A stretch of 24,708 nt of DNA. Origin: a virus. Lineage: Duplodnaviria; Caudoviricetes. Positions 7,731 to 16,093 of this stretch are shown here, piece after piece. The stretch covers positions 1 through 24,708 of IMG/VR virus record IMGVR_UViG_3300011337_000476; one strand, written 5' to 3'. Under the pieces are notes generated by a model that saw only the letters and a list, made by a program, of their open reading frames with translations, did no database searches and was not told the DNA's origin. The stretch's first letter is position 1, and each line of letters opens with the position of its first letter. The position numbers and the translations under genes were made by a program.

Positions 7731-7901
7731 CTGTTTTTTTAATTTATTTTTAAGGGCGTGCTTAACTGCCAGTTTTTCTCGGCGCACTTCCCTCGCTTTG
7801 GCCAGTGCCTCCAGCTTAACGGGTGTCTTGCGCGATCCACCCTTCCGGCCCATGGCAGCAAAAAAATCAGACACGGCCGGGGTGATTTCTGGGATACGCA
7901 T
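7719..7901 (-). CDS. Small basic KGG-motif protein, likely DNA-binding; may be the C-terminus of a longer ORF starting at 8225
   Basis: MRIPEITPAVSDFFAAMGRKGGSRKTPVKLEALAKAREVRREK; has its own promoter-like sequence upstream. Confidence 0.6.
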   Translation of the reverse strand: MRIPEITPAVSDFFAAMGRKGGSRKTPVKLEALAKAREVRREKLAVKHALKNKLKKQLTD

Positions 7902-7909
7902 CTTGGACG

Positions 7910-7937
7910 GGTATATTCGCGCCCGATATCGGGTCAA
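7910..7937 (-). promoter_or_regulatory. Sigma70-like promoter with a palindrome
   Basis: TTGACC-16 nt-TATACC; perfect palindrome CCCGATATCGGG at 7922-7933; ATG lies 8 nt after the -10. Confidence 0.45.
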
Positions 7938-8296
7938 GTTTTTTTCTTTAACTGGGCAACTTGCCTTGCAATTTGCACATCCCTTATTTATCAGCGGGAT
8001 TGTCGATCTGGGTGCGTGCAGTTCCGAAAAGTGTACACGGTGAACCGTCTGGGCTCGCGTTCTGGCGCTAAGCACGTACGCGTATTGGCCGCCGGCATCC
8101 ATATCAATGTGCTGGATTTTCACAAGCGATCCAGCCGCTAGGCCGCACCCAAACCGCGGCGGCCAAGTCGTTGGGCACCATCGGCATAAAGCCGCATCAA
8201 TAAATTGATTATATTTATTAGGCACAATACCTATATTAAAGCAGATACAATGCGTAGCTAGGACTATATTTGACCCACCCCCCCTGACTGCCCACC

Positions 8297-8578
8297 CTAC
8301 TTTTTGGCTGGTTTGATCAGTTTGTAATGCGGCACCCTACGGCAGTAGCCAATTTTCCCGCCTCGGTTGCATATCTTAATTCTAATCGAAAACACTTTTC
8401 TCTCTGCGCCCCCAGCCTTAATCATCCGAGTTAAAATCTTGTTCGTGTATACATCCGACTTGCCCCACTGCTTTGAAATCTCAATTTTTGTGTACCACCC
8501 CGGCGGCACTACCTCCGCCCGATCGCCAGCCACGTAGGCGTCTAGGGCCGCTGCCCAATCTACACCGGGTATCGCCAT
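8297..8578 (-). CDS. Hypothetical protein, possible winged HTH
   Basis: Start MAIPGVDW with AGGAGG RBS; PPGWYTKIEISKQWGKSDVYTNKILTRMIKAG is HTH-like. Confidence 0.65.
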   Translation of the reverse strand: MAIPGVDWAAALDAYVAGDRAEVVPPGWYTKIEISKQWGKSDVYTNKILTRMIKAGGAERKVFSIRIKICNRGGKIGYCRRVPHYKLIKPAKK

Positions 8579-9303
8579 ACCCCTCCTATGGGCGACAGCA
8601 CGTTCACCGTACACCCTTCCCCGCCTTCTACGTACTCGCCCCAGGCTATCCCATGCTGCCACCTGGTGACTGACCGCTGGCGCCGGGCGTAGTGCATGCT
8701 GGCGATATCTGCTAGGCAACCGATCGACCAGCCGACTGGCGCACCGATGCTCCGGCCGGCCACACGATCAACGCGGTGTAGATGGCCCATGACCACAGGC
8801 TTGCGGAGCATTTCTACATGGTCTCTGACGGCTGCCTCCGAAAACATAAAGCCGTGGCCGAACGCCGTCCCGCCTAGCTCCCGCCAACCCTTCTCAATAT
8901 CATAGGGCACGTACCGCGCCCGCAGATCCTTACAGGCGTTGTGGATCTCGCTCAGCGCAGAGGTGCAGCAGTGAGCCACGATGGCGCTAGGCGAGTATTG
9001 TAGAGCCGTTAAGCGGTGTTCATGGTTTCCCTCAAAAACGATCTGTGGGGCGAGTTCTCGTAAGAAATTTAGCCCTGCGTCGAAATCTTCCCGAATGCTG
9101 GTCGACCGCTCTGGGCTGTCGGGATCTTTGCGGGCTGAACCCATCAGCCCCGATAAATCCAGAAAATCACCTAGGTGCAGAACGGTATCCGGCTGCCACC
9201 GACGCTTCATCTCCAGCGCACTTTTGCAGGCGCCCGCATTTGCCAAGTGCCCGTGGCTACACGATACGGCCAGCCACCGCTTCCACTTGCGGATGACTTT
9301 CAC
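8560..9303 (-). CDS. Calcineurin-like metallophosphoesterase
   Basis: SCSHG, LGDFLD, GNHE, GHG and GHLH motifs. Confidence 0.85.
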   Translation of the reverse strand: MKVIRKWKRWLAVSCSHGHLANAGACKSALEMKRRWQPDTVLHLGDFLDLSGLMGSARKDPDSPERSTSIREDFDAGLNFLRELAPQIVFEGNHEHRLTALQYSPSAIVAHCCTSALSEIHNACKDLRARYVPYDIEKGWRELGGTAFGHGFMFSEAAVRDHVEMLRKPVVMGHLHRVDRVAGRSIGAPVGWSIGCLADIASMHYARRQRSVTRWQHGIAWGEYVEGGEGCTVNVLSPIGGVWRYPV

Positions 9304-9623
9304 TTTTTATCTGCAGCCGATGGGAAGCCTTGCAACACGGCCAAAATCTGACGACAATTTTCCCGCGATTGCGACGCACAGAGGCTTTCGTCGGACGCTC
9401 CCTGCAGCGCTAAATCGCCAATCACCCCCAGCTGCAGGCGCAGGGTGTGGACGTAGGTACACAAATCCAGCACCTCATCCCAAGTGTCTTTCCAAACTGG
9501 CCTGCGCCACAACGCACCACCGTGCTCCTCTTGGCCGCGACGATATTTAGCTGATACGTCTTTTACTAGATCCGACAAGATGCCAGCCAAATGCTTCTCA
9601 TGCTCTGGCGACATCTGGCTCAC
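9300..9623 (-). CDS. Hypothetical helical protein, possibly a nucleotide pyrophosphohydrolase-like protein
   Basis: KYRRGQEEHG...WKDTWDEVLDLCTY resembles helical dNTP-pyrophosphatase patterns; weak match. Confidence 0.55.
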   Translation of the reverse strand: MSQMSPEHEKHLAGILSDLVKDVSAKYRRGQEEHGGALWRRPVWKDTWDEVLDLCTYVHTLRLQLGVIGDLALQGASDESLCASQSRENCRQILAVLQGFPSAADKK

Positions 9624-10138
9624 CGGCTACTCCACGGCCGGCTATTCACTAAGCTGCGGGCCTTCGTTTTTTGCGGTATGTCCTTAACCTTAACCTGTTC
9701 CACATGGTTGCGTGGAATGTCACGCCAGCTCTTGTATTTGCTAGATTGCAGATGGCCAGTCTCCCAGCTAATGCCGACCAGCCCAAAGCTGAGGCCCACG
9801 TGCTCGCCCAGGCGAAAAGCGGTTTCGTCGTCCCAATTCGCAACCCATAGATCCGCATTCTTAGCCGTCCTTTTTAGCGGCACCCAATCAAATGCCAGCC
9901 CGTAGTTGTGGTAGCTTTCCCCCGGCCGAGCCTTAGTCACGATCTTGCCCTTGGTTGTCCTGCCTTTTTGATAGAGCGCCGACTGCTCCTCCATAGTGCG
10001 CCGGCCGCAATAGATCAGCGGCTCAATCCGGCTGGTGACCATTTCGTTGACCCATCCCCTCACCTGTTTTTGGAAGCTGATGTCTAGTGTATCGATCGCC
10101 CGCATAGTGCGGGATCCGGCTTCAGCCAGGCTAGTCAC
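9620..10138 (-). CDS. Endolysin, peptidase M15 (L-Ala-D-Glu peptidase-like)
   Basis: GRRTMEEQSALYQKGRT, SYHNYGLAFD and WETGHLQ motifs. Confidence 0.9.
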   Translation of the reverse strand: MTSLAEAGSRTMRAIDTLDISFQKQVRGWVNEMVTSRIEPLIYCGRRTMEEQSALYQKGRTTKGKIVTKARPGESYHNYGLAFDWVPLKRTAKNADLWVANWDDETAFRLGEHVGLSFGLVGISWETGHLQSSKYKSWRDIPRNHVEQVKVKDIPQKTKARSLVNSRPWSSR

Positions 10139-10380
10139 TGCCGCGCTCGCTCGCGTTGAGTTTCTGCCAAGCTGTCAGAAAGCGCTTTGAGCGATTCCGC
10201 AAATAAGTCTCGATAAGCCTGTGGGCACGGGGGGTTGCTTCGTTCCGCTTTGTCCCACTGGTAGATAAAGTAGCTGATGCTGTCTGGCGACGGCGGCGGG
10301 CCGTCTTGCGTTTGCGTCGTGGCACAGCTGCAGAGCGCAAATGCGCTAATCAGTAGGAGGGCGATGCGTCCACCAAGCAT
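10135..10380 (-). CDS. Lipoprotein, putative o-spanin
   Basis: MLGGRIALLLISAFALCSC lipobox-like signal followed by a Pro-rich stretch; overlaps the upstream TM gene; adjacent to the endolysin. Confidence 0.6.
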   Translation of the reverse strand: MLGGRIALLLISAFALCSCATTQTQDGPPPSPDSISYFIYQWDKAERSNPPCPQAYRDLFAESLKALSDSLAETQRERARQ

Positions 10381-10513
10381 TGATGTCCCTTTGTCTTTTG
10401 CGTCGTTCAAGTTCTATCGACTCAAAGTTTCTTTGTAGCGGCGATTTGCGTTTTAAGAACCACAGCACGATCCCAGTAATTCCGCCCAGCGCCGTTAAGA
10501 TGCCGGCGATCAT
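10346..10513 (-). CDS. 55-aa N-terminal TM protein, putative i-spanin, absent from the ORF track
   Basis: MIAGILTALGGITGIVLWFLKRKSPLQRNFESIELERRKRQRDINAWWTHRPPTD. Confidence 0.6.
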   Translation of the reverse strand: MIAGILTALGGITGIVLWFLKRKSPLQRNFESIELERRKRQRDINAWWTHRPPTD

Positions 10514-10519
10514 GGGTGG

Positions 10520-10684
10520 CTATTTTCTTGAAAACTTGGACAAGAAATCGACCACGGCTTGCAGGCTTTTCTCAGGCTGGTCGCCTGGAATGAGCGAAGC
10601 GACTGCAATGGCTGCCACGAGCACGGCCGAGACGGCCCCAAGGTACGACTGCCAGTTAGTTAATATGTTATTGAGTATGTCCAT
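10520..10684 (-). CDS. 54-aa membrane protein, putative holin, absent from the ORF track
   Basis: MDILNNILTNWQSYLGAVSAVLVAAIAVASLIPGDQPEKSLQAVVDFLSKFSRK; TM helix plus amphipathic basic tail; lysis-cassette context. Confidence 0.65.
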   Translation of the reverse strand: MDILNNILTNWQSYLGAVSAVLVAAIAVASLIPGDQPEKSLQAVVDFLSKFSRK

Positions 10685-10711
10685 GCCAGCTGGCGGGGTG
10701 TCAAAACTAGG

Positions 10712-10972
10712 TCAAAAGGCCAACCGGCGCTTAATCAGTTCCCAGATTGTGCTAAACACTGCCCCGGACACCACAGCTACTAGCCATAGTTTTGTCTTAA
10801 TCGTGTGGGCGTCGCGTTCCATGTTGGTTAGGCGGCCGTGGTATTCGCCCAAGCTGGCCTGCGATTTTTCCAGCATATCCATGACCATTGTCTGCCGCTC
10901 CAATATCCGAGCCACATCACACCGCACTTCAGACAGCCGTTCCGTTAGTTCCGCAACCTGATCGGCACTCAT
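10712..10972 (-). CDS. Coiled-coil protein with C-terminal TM (XhlA/holin-accessory-like)
   Basis: Heptad N-terminus and hydrophobic LWLVAVVSGAVFSTIW; ATGA-coupled start. Confidence 0.6.
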   Translation of the reverse strand: MSADQVAELTERLSEVRCDVARILERQTMVMDMLEKSQASLGEYHGRLTNMERDAHTIKTKLWLVAVVSGAVFSTIWELIKRRLAF

Positions 10973-11142
10973 TTCCACCAATCAGCAGAATCTTTTGATA
11001 CTATCGTTAGAATTGCTTTCTGTGCGTCTGCAAGGCTCGTGGTGAGGTGAACCGCTGGCTTGCCGTCAATGTAGCCTAACTCAATAAAGCCTTCGTCTAG
11101 GAGGTATTGCAAGGCTTGGCAGGCTTGGTCGTCCGTGCTCAT
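10969..11142 (-). CDS. 57-aa hypothetical protein, absent from the ORF track
   Basis: MSTDDQACQALQYLLDEGFIELGYIDGKPAVHLTTSLADAQKAILTIVSKDSADWWK; ATGA overlaps at both ends. Confidence 0.6.
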   Translation of the reverse strand: MSTDDQACQALQYLLDEGFIELGYIDGKPAVHLTTSLADAQKAILTIVSKDSADWWK

Positions 11143-11264
11143 TTGCTGGGGGCCTTCCCCGCATCTTCAGCCGCTTGCATCGTTTCGTAGTTTGGCAGAG
11201 CTGTGTTGTCCGCTGGCCGTGGCGAGCAGGAGCAGAGGAGCATAGCAACAAACAACAGCTTCAT
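11139..11264 (-). CDS. 41-aa lipoprotein
   Basis: MKLLFVAMLLCSC lipobox-like signal; TAATG overlap with the upstream gene. Confidence 0.55.
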   Translation of the reverse strand: MKLLFVAMLLCSCSPRPADNTALPNYETMQAAEDAGKAPSK

Positions 11265-12031
11265 TATTGAACATCCAAGAGCCAATGTGTTGATTGAAGA
11301 ATTGCTGATGGCGATGAAGTCGGTAATGAAGATGAATTGGAACATTGAATTTCTGGCCCAAATCTATTTGTGCTAGTGTCATTTGTTGGCCCGCCAGCAA
11401 GAGTTAAAAGCGGGGATTGCCCAATGTTAATGTTTGGATTTGTAGATGAGTCTGCGCCATAAAGATTGATATTTCCTGCACCATCAGATTCTATTACAAC
11501 GCCAAAGAAGCGGTTATCAGATGAGGCAAGCCCAAAACCATTTGTCAGCGTTGTGTAGGAAGTCGGCGTTAAGTATGACGCATTAAATCCTATTAGCCTT
11601 GCCTGTATTACGCCTGATTGCAGGGCAAATTCAGCCCCAAATCCCTTGATTGTAAGTCCATCTACACCAGCAAGCGGTGCATCAACTGAATTTCCAGTAC
11701 CACCAAATACCATTCTAATAACAGAGTTTGTGCTCGCAATATACATCATTCCGCCGATTGAGAATCTGATTCTTTTAGAATAATCAATCTTACCAGCACT
11801 TGCTGTCATTAGTCCCGCAGTTGGGTCGAAGTAACCAATTTTAGATGTTCCGCTTGCCGAAGAGCCAGCGTTCAAATTCATATGGAAACCGCCAGTATTT
11901 GCAAGAGAAGCAACGCCACTAGTACCAGTAACCTTTGTGTATGAGCCAGCTAATCCAACTCGATACATTTTAATTCTGCCAGAGGCAAAAAGAAAATTAT
12001 CTATGTTGCTTGGATTTTTTGTAAGTGGCAT
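11264..12031 (-). CDS. Putative virion tail or receptor-binding protein (beta-rich)
   Basis: Gly/Ser/Thr-rich 255 aa ORF at the end of the tail module; AGGAG RBS. Confidence 0.6.
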   Translation of the reverse strand: MPLTKNPSNIDNFLFASGRIKMYRVGLAGSYTKVTGTSGVASLANTGGFHMNLNAGSSASGTSKIGYFDPTAGLMTASAGKIDYSKRIRFSIGGMMYIASTNSVIRMVFGGTGNSVDAPLAGVDGLTIKGFGAEFALQSGVIQARLIGFNASYLTPTSYTTLTNGFGLASSDNRFFGVVIESDGAGNINLYGADSSTNPNINIGQSPLLTLAGGPTNDTSTNRFGPEIQCSNSSSLPTSSPSAILQSTHWLLDVQ

Positions 12032-12040
12032 CGCCTACTC

Positions 12041-13195
12041 CTAACTAACTTGCGTCACCCTAGCCGTGCCTGCGGTGGCGAAGACAGCCGAGTGGGTGAT
12101 GGTCGTTTGGTGGTTGGGCACTTCGTAGTAATCCCCTGCCGATAGCCGAACTTGGTAAGCTATGGTGGTGCAGGTTGCCCCCGGGCAGATGTGAAGGTTA
12201 CCCGCCCCCTCGTTAAAAATCGTCAGCACTTCCCTTGTTGCATTGTAGCTAGCCAGCACGGTAGAGGCCGTGGTGCTGGTAAAATTAGAGGTGGTGACTG
12301 TCGTGCCCTGCAGGGCGAAGGTGTTGGCCGTGACTGTCCCACTAATTGCAGGGAGCGAGCCGATAGTGACGGAATTGCCAACAGTAACTGAGGAAATGCT
12401 GATGGGAACCGTCCCGCTGATGGATGCGGTGACACTTCCAATCTGTGCCGTTCCCGCCCCGATGGTGACTGAACCTGCAATCGTTACCGTGTTGCCGATG
12501 GTGACCGTGCCAGATATGGTCACGGCACTTCCATTGTCTCCATAAACGCAAATAGGTGTGTCTCCTTGTCCAGTTCGTCCACCAAGCACGCCACCCCCTC
12601 TTGCGGTGGGAATAACCACCAATCCGCCCGCCTTACCTGCTTCAATATCTTCTCCAACTAAAATAACATCGGCGTTGTAAGGGCCGCTAGTTCCAGCCGT
12701 TGTGTGTTGATAGCCTTGAATCTGCCCAACTGTCACCGTGCCAGAGATGGCTGGGAGAGAGGAGATTGTGACGCTGTTGCCTATCGTAACTGTCCCGCCC
12801 ACGGTAACTGCGCTTGCTCGGAGTTGCACGTCAGTCAAGCCACCGGTAACGGTCACTTGCCCCATGGTAACGGTGATGCTTTCCAGTGCGTTAAGCGATG
12901 TCGGCCCCAGCTCAACGGTGCCGGTGACGGTGCTGCTGGTCGCTTGATCGTCAAAGTAGATGACTAGGGCAGCCGTGGTAGTCAGGCCAGCGGTAGTCGC
13001 CACCAGGGTAAGTGCGGTATTTGCGCCTGACGTGAAGGCGGAGGCAGTAACGGAGCTGTCCGCAAAGTTGTACATGATCCGCCCGCGATCGGCGGCGGTC
13101 ACGAGCAGGAGCTGGTCGCGGTCAATGTTCAGCCCAGTGAGCGTAAGGACGTTAGTCGTGGGCGAATATGCGTATGTTGGCCAGATCTGCTTCAT
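12041..13195 (-). CDS. Tail fibre-like protein with internal repeats
   Basis: Thr/Val/Gly/Ser-rich; repeated VT(I/V)GNSVTI(S/G)SLPAISGTVT units. Confidence 0.7.
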   Translation of the reverse strand: MKQIWPTYAYSPTTNVLTLTGLNIDRDQLLLVTAADRGRIMYNFADSSVTASAFTSGANTALTLVATTAGLTTTAALVIYFDDQATSSTVTGTVELGPTSLNALESITVTMGQVTVTGGLTDVQLRASAVTVGGTVTIGNSVTISSLPAISGTVTVGQIQGYQHTTAGTSGPYNADVILVGEDIEAGKAGGLVVIPTARGGGVLGGRTGQGDTPICVYGDNGSAVTISGTVTIGNTVTIAGSVTIGAGTAQIGSVTASISGTVPISISSVTVGNSVTIGSLPAISGTVTANTFALQGTTVTTSNFTSTTASTVLASYNATREVLTIFNEGAGNLHICPGATCTTIAYQVRLSAGDYYEVPNHQTTITHSAVFATAGTARVTQVS

Positions 13196-13211
13196 ATTGT
13201 GTTATTCCTTG

Positions 13212-13346
13212 TCATCCTAGGGCGATTGCCAGCGCCACGGCCGTGCCAGTGGTCACGCCACCCGCTCCGGCTGAGCCAGTCACGATGGGCGTACCTACGG
13301 CCACGGTTATGCTCGCAGGCCCACAGACTGTGGCGGTGATAGGCAT
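13212..13346 (-). CDS. 44-aa tail-associated peptide, absent from the ORF track
   Basis: MPITATVCGPASITVAVGTPIVTGSAGAGGVTTGTAVALAIALG; TAATG overlap. Confidence 0.55.
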   Translation of the reverse strand: MPITATVCGPASITVAVGTPIVTGSAGAGGVTTGTAVALAIALG

Positions 13347-13681
13347 TATTCGGTTACCTCACCCGCAATGGTAACGGAGCCTTGCAACAAGCGGATTTTA
13401 GTGGCCGCGCTTGTCGTAAGCAGTAGATCCCACTTTCCCCCGCTGATAGGCAGGGCGGATGCCGTTGCTGCGTTCAGCGCCAGGGTAAGGCTGCCGGTCG
13501 TACCGGTAGCCGTGACGGCCACAAAGCTGGCCAATAGGTTGCCATTGTAAGTATCGCGGATCTGAGCGGCTGCGGTAGATCCAGCTAGGGAATAGGTTGC
13601 GCCAGTGGAGTCCTTGACCGATACCTCGAGCGCAAGATCCACGCCCTGTTCTACGGTTAAATTATATACGCCAGCGGCCAT
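13346..13681 (-). CDS. Virion structural protein (Ig-like/BppU-N-like tail adaptor)
   Basis: YNLTVEQG...AAAQIR...WDLLL...RLLQGSVTI is a common phage tail-accessory pattern. Confidence 0.65.
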   Translation of the reverse strand: MAAGVYNLTVEQGVDLALEVSVKDSTGATYSLAGSTAAAQIRDTYNGNLLASFVAVTATGTTGSLTLALNAATASALPISGGKWDLLLTTSAATKIRLLQGSVTIAGEVTE

Positions 13682-13707
13682 ACTTCTGGATGGCGTGTGT
13701 CAAAGGG

Positions 13708-14397
13708 TTAGTTAGCCTCACGATCATTCAGCCCGTTAAGCTCAAAAGACGCAGATGCCGAATCTGGTGCAAATGAAAACTCATTAACAGAAAGCCTAAT
13801 GAATAAGTTAGCCCTATATTCTGTGCCGTTTATTTTTATATTTAACGCATCGTTAACGGTTCTGGTATTAGCCCCAGCAATAGATGTAAGAACTGCGGAA
13901 TAAGAATTATTACCAGCAAAAACCATATACGATAATGTAATAATTTTGGGGTAATAGCTATCATCTCTAATTATTATGTCCCCAGAAGAACTAAAAAATG
14001 TGACCGAACTTTGTATATCTCTTTGCTGTAGGGATTCGAGAGAACTTGTTATTTGACCACTACCAGTTGCCCCTCCCGAATAGCTTGGATAACCATAAGC
14101 AGAAGAGAAGCAAATCATTTCTGACATTTTTGTAGGCCACAGAGGAGAGCCAAGACTTAACTGTCCACTTTGAGAGTAACTTGCATTAATAGAAAATGGG
14201 TCGCCACCATTATCTACTACCACCGAGGCAGAATAGCTTATTATAGAGGAAAATGTTCTGCTTTTCCAATATAACGCCATGGCGTGTTCAAGGGGCATTC
14301 CAATCGGATAATTAGTTCCAGAGCCAACCTGTATATCCTTTGTTTCTTCCTCTGGTGGTATGCAAAATGGAAAAGATTTTGCAAATAAAAAAGCCAT
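13708..14397 (-). CDS. Hypothetical tail-associated protein, AT-rich
   Basis: 229 aa Ser-rich ORF inside the tail module. Confidence 0.6.
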   Translation of the reverse strand: MAFLFAKSFPFCIPPEEETKDIQVGSGTNYPIGMPLEHAMALYWKSRTFSSIISYSASVVVDNGGDPFSINASYSQSGQLSLGSPLWPTKMSEMICFSSAYGYPSYSGGATGSGQITSSLESLQQRDIQSSVTFFSSSGDIIIRDDSYYPKIITLSYMVFAGNNSYSAVLTSIAGANTRTVNDALNIKINGTEYRANLFIRLSVNEFSFAPDSASASFELNGLNDREAN

Positions 14398-14426
14398 AAG
14401 GATTTCGTTAGGGCAACTGCCCTGCG

Positions 14427-16070
14427 TTAGTAGCCGATGACGGTGATTCGGTAGGTGGCGGTGTTGAGGTCAACGCTACCTGTGTCTGAATGGATTGCTG
14501 ATAGGCAGACTGTGTTGGCTTTATATGCTACGCCTTGGATTACGATTCCAGCTGATACTGCAGACGGCAAGCCGATCAGCACAATATCGTTCACCTCCGC
14601 ACCAGTAACAACCACATCCCGATAATGCTGATCGTTGCCAGCAACCGTTCCAAAGGTGACGGAGGTAAGAGTGGTGACGGTTCTGGGAGATTGTGGAAGC
14701 ACTCCGTAGGTGGCCCCACTTGCGATTAGGCCAACATTGATTAAGCCGGATACCACATTGATATTTGCGGGTTGGGCGGTGACTGTTGCCCCATAAAAGC
14801 CAAGAGGAGTGTTGGCAAAGGAAAGCCCCGCACCATAACTAACGACTGCCGTACCGGAACTATTATTGAGCGTCCTAGCACCAAAGGCAACCGAAGTGAC
14901 GGCAGAGGAGTCGGCAAGACTTCGAGCGGTTGAATTTACGCCAGTGGTGGAGTTAGCGACAAAGGCGGCATAGCTTTCGGCGGCGGTCAGGTAGCTGGCT
15001 TGAGCGGCTGGCACCGCACTTCCTGTCGTAATTAAATCTTTTCTGACGGTGACTTCTGACTGCAGGATGGTTTTAGGTGTGCCTGATTGATTTATTTCAA
15101 CCTCTAAAGTAGGCGTGATTGCATCCGTGCCACTTTCGGCAAACAGTTCATCGATACCGCTAGTGTTTAAAGTCACTGTGCTCTGCAAAAATGTGCCAAA
15201 GATAACTCCGCTAGCATCAAGTGTTAGGGGGGTTGTAATGCTGGTTGACCCAAGATTGCGAACAAAAGAAATCGAATAGTTGCCGCCCCCAACATCTACG
15301 CTTATGTTCCCTGCCCCAATACCAGTTACCGCGCTTAAGGCTTCTGTAAAGCTGGCTGCGGTTGCCCCGATTGGGATGGCCGTAGTTGAGTTAGCTCCAA
15401 AATTTAGAACAATAGAACCGCCCTCTGCATCTGAGCCGACAGCCAATGTGTATGTTTCATTTTTTACAGGAGAAGAAGAACCATCTTGAGTATTGGTTAG
15501 AGAGACAACGCCAGCCGTAGGAGAGGCAACGAATGTGTCAGAAAATACGGCAGGATTGCGTACTAATTTTATGACCTGCTGTGCGGCGACGCCGGTGGCT
15601 GGATTCCTGCGGGTATTAACTAAAACTGAGCTGGATGGGAAAAGAGTGAAAGCATCGCCACCAAATGACAGGGCCGTGCCAACGGTGGCAGAAGTAATTA
15701 GATAGGCACCTACTGTGATAGATCCAAAAGTAGCAACCCCCACCCCTGCTCCGGCTATGCCGCTAATTGCGTTATAGACCTGCGTCGTGGTTGCATTAAA
15801 AGAGATTGCGGTAGAGGTAACCGCCCCAAGCGTAAGCTTAAATTGACCGTCTGTTGGGCTGTCCTCAATCCCGCCAATCCCCAATTTAACAGATATGCCG
15901 CTCGTGTTTAAATCACGCAGAAAGCCGCCCGAATCCCTCTCTCGCAAACGAACGCGCAGATTGTATGAGTCATTGCGGGTAAGAGATGGCAGGCCACCAT
16001 TTACTGCACTACCAGACGAAAGAAGCTCCCCCCTGGTGGTGTCGATATAAAGATCAAGTGACTGCGCCAT
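14427..16070 (-). CDS. Large tail/baseplate structural protein
   Basis: 547 aa, Thr/Ser/Gly/Ala-rich; duplicated (T)TAI(S/P)..AT....ALS.I.GIG-type module; located after the tape measure region. Confidence 0.7.
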   Translation of the reverse strand: MAQSLDLYIDTTRGELLSSGSAVNGGLPSLTRNDSYNLRVRLRERDSGGFLRDLNTSGISVKLGIGGIEDSPTDGQFKLTLGAVTSTAISFNATTTQVYNAISGIAGAGVGVATFGSITVGAYLITSATVGTALSFGGDAFTLFPSSSVLVNTRRNPATGVAAQQVIKLVRNPAVFSDTFVASPTAGVVSLTNTQDGSSSPVKNETYTLAVGSDAEGGSIVLNFGANSTTAIPIGATAASFTEALSAVTGIGAGNISVDVGGGNYSISFVRNLGSTSITTPLTLDASGVIFGTFLQSTVTLNTSGIDELFAESGTDAITPTLEVEINQSGTPKTILQSEVTVRKDLITTGSAVPAAQASYLTAAESYAAFVANSTTGVNSTARSLADSSAVTSVAFGARTLNNSSGTAVVSYGAGLSFANTPLGFYGATVTAQPANINVVSGLINVGLIASGATYGVLPQSPRTVTTLTSVTFGTVAGNDQHYRDVVVTGAEVNDIVLIGLPSAVSAGIVIQGVAYKANTVCLSAIHSDTGSVDLNTATYRITVIGY

Positions 16071-16093
16071 AATGCTTTTCTTGTGTCAATTCA

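Noticed and set aside
7938-8296. tRNA gene or attP site
   Set aside because: No cloverleaf or T-loop consensus found, and no integrase gene in the window
11264-16070. Diversity-generating retroelement or invertible tail-fibre system
   Set aside because: No reverse transcriptase, invertase or template/variable repeat pair is visible in the window
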